A stretch of DNA of 62,842 nucleotides, the filler included, from Globobulimina sp. (taxonomy: Eukaryota), in the NCBI GenBank assembly GCA_003354225.1. It is 53 parts of 53 records of this genome, joined end to end, with 100 filler letters (N's around TTAATTAATTAA, not from the genome) between each part and the next. Parts side by side here need not be neighbours in the genome. Positions count along the whole stretch, not along the records: positions 59,382 to 60,468 come from PIVH01023891.1; positions 60,569 to 61,655 come from PIVH01023892.1; positions 61,756 to 62,842 come from PIVH01023893.1; 50 more parts are not named here. One strand, given 5' to 3'. The stretch's first letter is position 1; each line of letters starts with the position of its first letter. A program made the position numbers and the translations under genes. Of this stretch, positions 59,382 through 62,842 are shown piece by piece. Below the pieces are notes generated by a model, which did no database searches, was not told the origin of the DNA, and was given only the letters and a program-made list of their open reading frames with translations.

Positions 59382-60172
59382 TATAATTGCTCATTCATCT
59401 TAAATGTTAACAATATACAAGTTGTATCTACAAAAATTAAGATAGAATAAAAGAACTCAAATATGATCGCTGACAAAATGGAATCAAATAAAAATAAGCC
59501 ATAAATTACAGACCCAATTATATAAATTACAGATACAAATGTAAAGAATCCTAATAACACACTGAGGCGTTTAATAACATCAATTAATGCTTTTGATTCT
59601 TGCAATTTCCGATCATGCATTGTATTGTCAGATTCAATGACAGAACGTTTAAACATAGCATACAACTTTTTATTCATAAATATTAAAAGATAAAACATCC
59701 CAATTAACAATATTAACATATGAATAGCTTTAAATATTAACGCTAAACTATCAGATTTAAATAGATGCCTTGAAATATAAATCATTGCAGCCAACGCAAA
59801 TACAAATATACAAATAAATGAATGAATAATAATTACATATTTGCTGACGGCATAGACTGAATTTTGAAATGTTGAATAATACAACAACACATATACAATA
59901 TATATAGATACCAGCGTAATATTCTGGCAAATTGCGCGTGAAACCACTGCAAACAAGTCAGTTTGATTCGGATAATGAATATATTTGATTGACCATAACA
60001 CATGAAATGTAAAAAAACCACCAAACGCGATACATGAAAATACTAAGATTGGAGTGTATATTTTGGTTTCGGTTTTCCATGATTTGAATACAAACAATAA
60101 AAACGCAATTCCGTTCCAAATACAAAGTATGATTGATGTAATAATACGTGTGTACAATAAAAACTTGTCCAT
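59382..60172 (-). CDS. Seven-transmembrane-like membrane protein
   Basis: Seven hydrophobic segments in about 263 aa. Confidence 0.65.
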
Positions 60173-60569
60173 AGATTGTTTCGTCGCAGGTAAAGAGGAA
60201 TATATTTAACTTATTTTATGCTTTGAAACTTTAAGGAAGGAAAATAGGCCAAAATATATAATGCAACCAAGCTGAAAACCTGGTTCAGTTTGAGTACCCT
60301 ATGAGTACAGCACCTACCGAGCTCAGCTATTGTTCTTTATGTATATCTATACCTAATAGAAGAATTAGAAAAAATTCGACGGTGCTGAACTATATAATTT
60401 TACAGGAAATTTCTGGATAAAGAAACTGCCTGGACAACAAAGGCGAGACAAAAGGTATCAACACATATNNNNNNNNNNNNNNNNNNNNNNNNNNNNNNNN
60501 NNNNNNNNNNNNTTAATTAATTAANNNNNNNNNNNNNNNNNNNNNNNNNNNNNNNNNNNNNNNNNNNNT

Positions 60570-60642
60570 GCAGCAAAAAAGATTGATACAGATTACGAAG
60601 TTGGTGAAGATGTTACTGATGAAGTAAAACTATTAGATTTTG
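60570..60642 (+). other. nusA: Bacterial NusA fragment (Bacteroidota-like)
   Basis: AAKKIDTDYEVGEDVTDEVKLLDF, truncated just before the expected GR. Confidence 0.7.
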
Positions 60643-60650
60643 TCTGTATT

Positions 60651-60788
60651 TTATCTTTCAGTTGTTATTGGAGAAGTAAACTTGACGTTTTCGAACAGCT
60701 TGGATTCCTCAAATATTGGTATTAACTTTGATGCGGAAACAGCGTATCCTGAAAGTTTTATCTTGTTATCCGAAACTTTGTAGGACCG
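60651..60788 (-). other. Bacterial PilN/GspL-like fragment
   Basis: IKLSGYAVSASKLIPIFEESKLFENVKFTSPIT. Confidence 0.6.
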
Positions 60789-60956
60789 AAATTAATAGCA
60801 TCAGATTAGTAATCTGAGCTTATTTTATCTATCCTCGCACAGAAAGGCAACACTTGCGAGTATACAAAAAATAACACTCCTCCTGGGGCTGGTTGTTTTT
60901 TTGCATATGATTTTCAAAGTGACTGCAAACTGTACATTTACAAAAAAAACTGTAGA

Positions 60957-61655
60957 ATGGCGTCTGATGAGAAACCTTCCGAAGGTGCGAGTACTGCTTT
61001 TACATTCAAAAAATTTATGGGAAATGTAGCGAGTACATCAAAATTATTTGCAACAAAAGCAATGGAACCAAATCATAGCAATACAAAACCCGTGAAAGAG
61101 TTAGAAGACCAAATAGAAATATTGCAATTACAAAAAGCTGATTTGCGCAAATTAGTTCAAGAACGAACATATGAATTGGATCAATTAAAACAATTAGATT
61201 CCGAACATCAGAAATTACGAAAGCGATGGAAAGAAAATGAAGAAAAATCCTCCAACGAAGTAGCAAATATTAGCTCATATACTGATGAATTAAAAAATGA
61301 ATTAACAGCGTCAAAGAAACAAAATACAGTTTTACAATCCAAGCAAACCCAAAATGATTTGAAAAAAAATGAATTAACATTGCAATTATCCGAAATGCAG
61401 CAAGAAAACGACAAAAATAAGAAAATTATCGAACGTAAGAAGCAGGAGAAGAAAATGTTAGTTTCCGAAGTGCTAAAATTAAGAAATGAAAAACAAGAAT
61501 TAATCCAATTATATAAAGCTGAGATGAATAAATTAAATAAGAATAATACGAATAATATATCCCATTTAAAAGAATTAAATCAGCAACAAATGAAAAGTAA
61601 AGAAATGGAGCATTTGTCGCATACAAATGCATTAAAACATAAATATGAAGAATTG
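60957..61655 (+). CDS. Coiled-coil protein, 3'-partial
   Basis: Heptad-rich K/E/Q frame; EKKMLVSEVLKLR. Confidence 0.65.
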
Positions 61656-61756
61656 NNNNNNNNNNNNNNNNNNNNNNNNNNNNNNNNNNNNNNNNNNNNT
61701 TAATTAATTAANNNNNNNNNNNNNNNNNNNNNNNNNNNNNNNNNNNNNNNNNNNNA

Positions 61757-62842
61757 TTCATAATGGTGGTGGATAAATCGGGCAGTATGTCTGGCAATCC
61801 ATGGTCGCAGGTTCAGACCGCGCTGATTCACATCATCGGCATCACCAAACCGAACAAGTTGATCAAGACAGAAATCATAACCTATGCCAGCACTGCGCAC
61901 ATATTAATCCATCCGGGCACCAATCAGATAAAAGCGATGCGAGCCGGCGGCGGTACTAATTTTAACCAAGCTTTTAAGAAAATTAATGAGCTGATCCAGG
62001 CCAACCGCAATATTTCCAACGTGACTGTGTGTTTTTTGACCGATGGACAGGATACGTCGGGTCCTACCAACCAAGCACTGATCGCCTGCTTCGAGAAAAT
62101 GACTCGAAACTACGAGAAAACGCTGCCTAGCATGCATTTGATAGTCCACTCGATCGGGTTCAGCGCCGGCTGCGATAAGAAGTTTTTGGAGGCGTTGCGG
62201 ACGGAGAATGGCGGCACATTTCGCTACGCAGAGCCCGGCGATGCTGACGATGAGTTATGCAATAAATTGAAGTCGTTGTTTCAGCAAATTAGCCGCGGCA
62301 CGAATATCATGCTGGATTTGAAAATTGAGTCTAAACTGTTTTCCTTCTATCAAGCAAAGAATTGGAGCTGTCGAGAGATTGCGGTGCCGTTTGCCGTGAA
62401 TAATAATGGCGAAGGCTGCTATACACAGTGGGTGGTGTTGCATGATGATGGCAATGCGGCCGGCGACGGATATGACGGTTGTGTTGTGCTGAATTCCTCG
62501 GTCGATAGGAATGTGGAAATCGCAGTGGTGATGGATGTGGTGCATCAGAACCGGAGGGAGAAAATGTTTGATCAATGGCAAACGTGGCTAATTGACGAAA
62601 TTGCGACCAATATCTACAATTTGGCCAATAAACAGTATGTCGATTATGACGCGGATGTGTTTGATCTGCACTGTGCGTTAATTCAGCAAAAACTGGACAT
62701 CTTGCAAGTGTCGACAAAGCACAAAGGTTTGCTGAATAAGATCGAATATCTGGTGGCTGAGGTGAATAAATTGAGGGATGGCTTGACTGTCAACATCGGG
62801 CAGCTCAGCGACCAGCGCTTTGGGAGCAAGTTTACCAATTTG
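61757..62842 (+). CDS. von Willebrand factor A (MIDAS) domain protein, partial at both ends
   Basis: Stop-free frame absent from the ORF track: VVDKSGSMSG, GGGTNF, FLTDGQD, VHSIGF. Confidence 0.92.

Noticed and set aside
1090-61755. Regularly spaced TTAATTAATTAA motif as a biological repeat, telomere or CRISPR repeat
   Set aside because: It is always centred in 88 Ns and gives stops in all six frames: an artificial linker. ORFs ending in X...LIN are artefacts.
61700-62717. Minus-strand ORFs in the last contig, and similar antisense ORFs elsewhere (e.g. 1577-1912, 44316-44774)
   Set aside because: They are shadows of well-supported genes on the opposite strand.
1-62842. Gene neighbourhoods or operons spanning spacers (e.g. 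RT next to other genes as a retron or DGR-like system)
   Set aside because: Contigs are ordered by length, not position. Both RTs have ordinary non-LTR retrotransposon motifs.
1-62842. Uniform 1.09-kb pieces as ciliate-style nanochromosomes
   Set aside because: No telomeric repeats, genes are cut mid-frame at the ends, and the uniform size reflects length sorting.
1-62842. rRNA or tRNA genes
   Set aside because: No conserved rRNA segment or cloverleaf recognised by eye; a covariance-model scan would be needed to exclude them.

Overview
This window is not one contiguous locus. It is 53 short contigs (1087-1089 bp, in decreasing length order), joined by a 100-bp artificial spacer (44 N + TTAATTAATTAA + 44 N), so adjacency across spacers means nothing. 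Most contigs come from an AT-rich eukaryote with short (about 57-140 nt) GT-AG introns and expanded MATH/SAM, 7TM-like and Pro-Thr-stalk families. This resembles a foraminiferan/rhizarian genome, which is an inference. Recognisable genes include ETF-alpha, asparagine synthetase, sugar/MFS transporters, an FtsJ-type methyltransferase, DH-PH RhoGEF, sphingolipid delta-4 desaturase, ECM29, an SBP2-like protein, S10 carboxypeptidase, dPGM, TM9SF, RalGAP-like, NYN, SET, AKR and vWA proteins. Also present are two non-LTR reverse transcriptases, a BEL/Pao gag-protease, one wholly bacterial contig (hybrid histidine kinase) and short bacterial-type gene scraps fused to eukaryotic contigs. The best leads are: (i) a toxin-like R-S-E ADP-ribosyltransferase motif set, (ii) an intron-flanked RelA/SpoT-like nucleotidyltransferase, (iii) a recurring Cys/His orphan family, (iv) a contig-wide diverged palindrome with a repeat-rich centre, (v) an unannotated capsid-like C-terminus, and (vi) a zinc-knuckle family with one copy in a 922-bp tandem/circular unit. 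All family calls come from motif recognition by eye; no searches were run.
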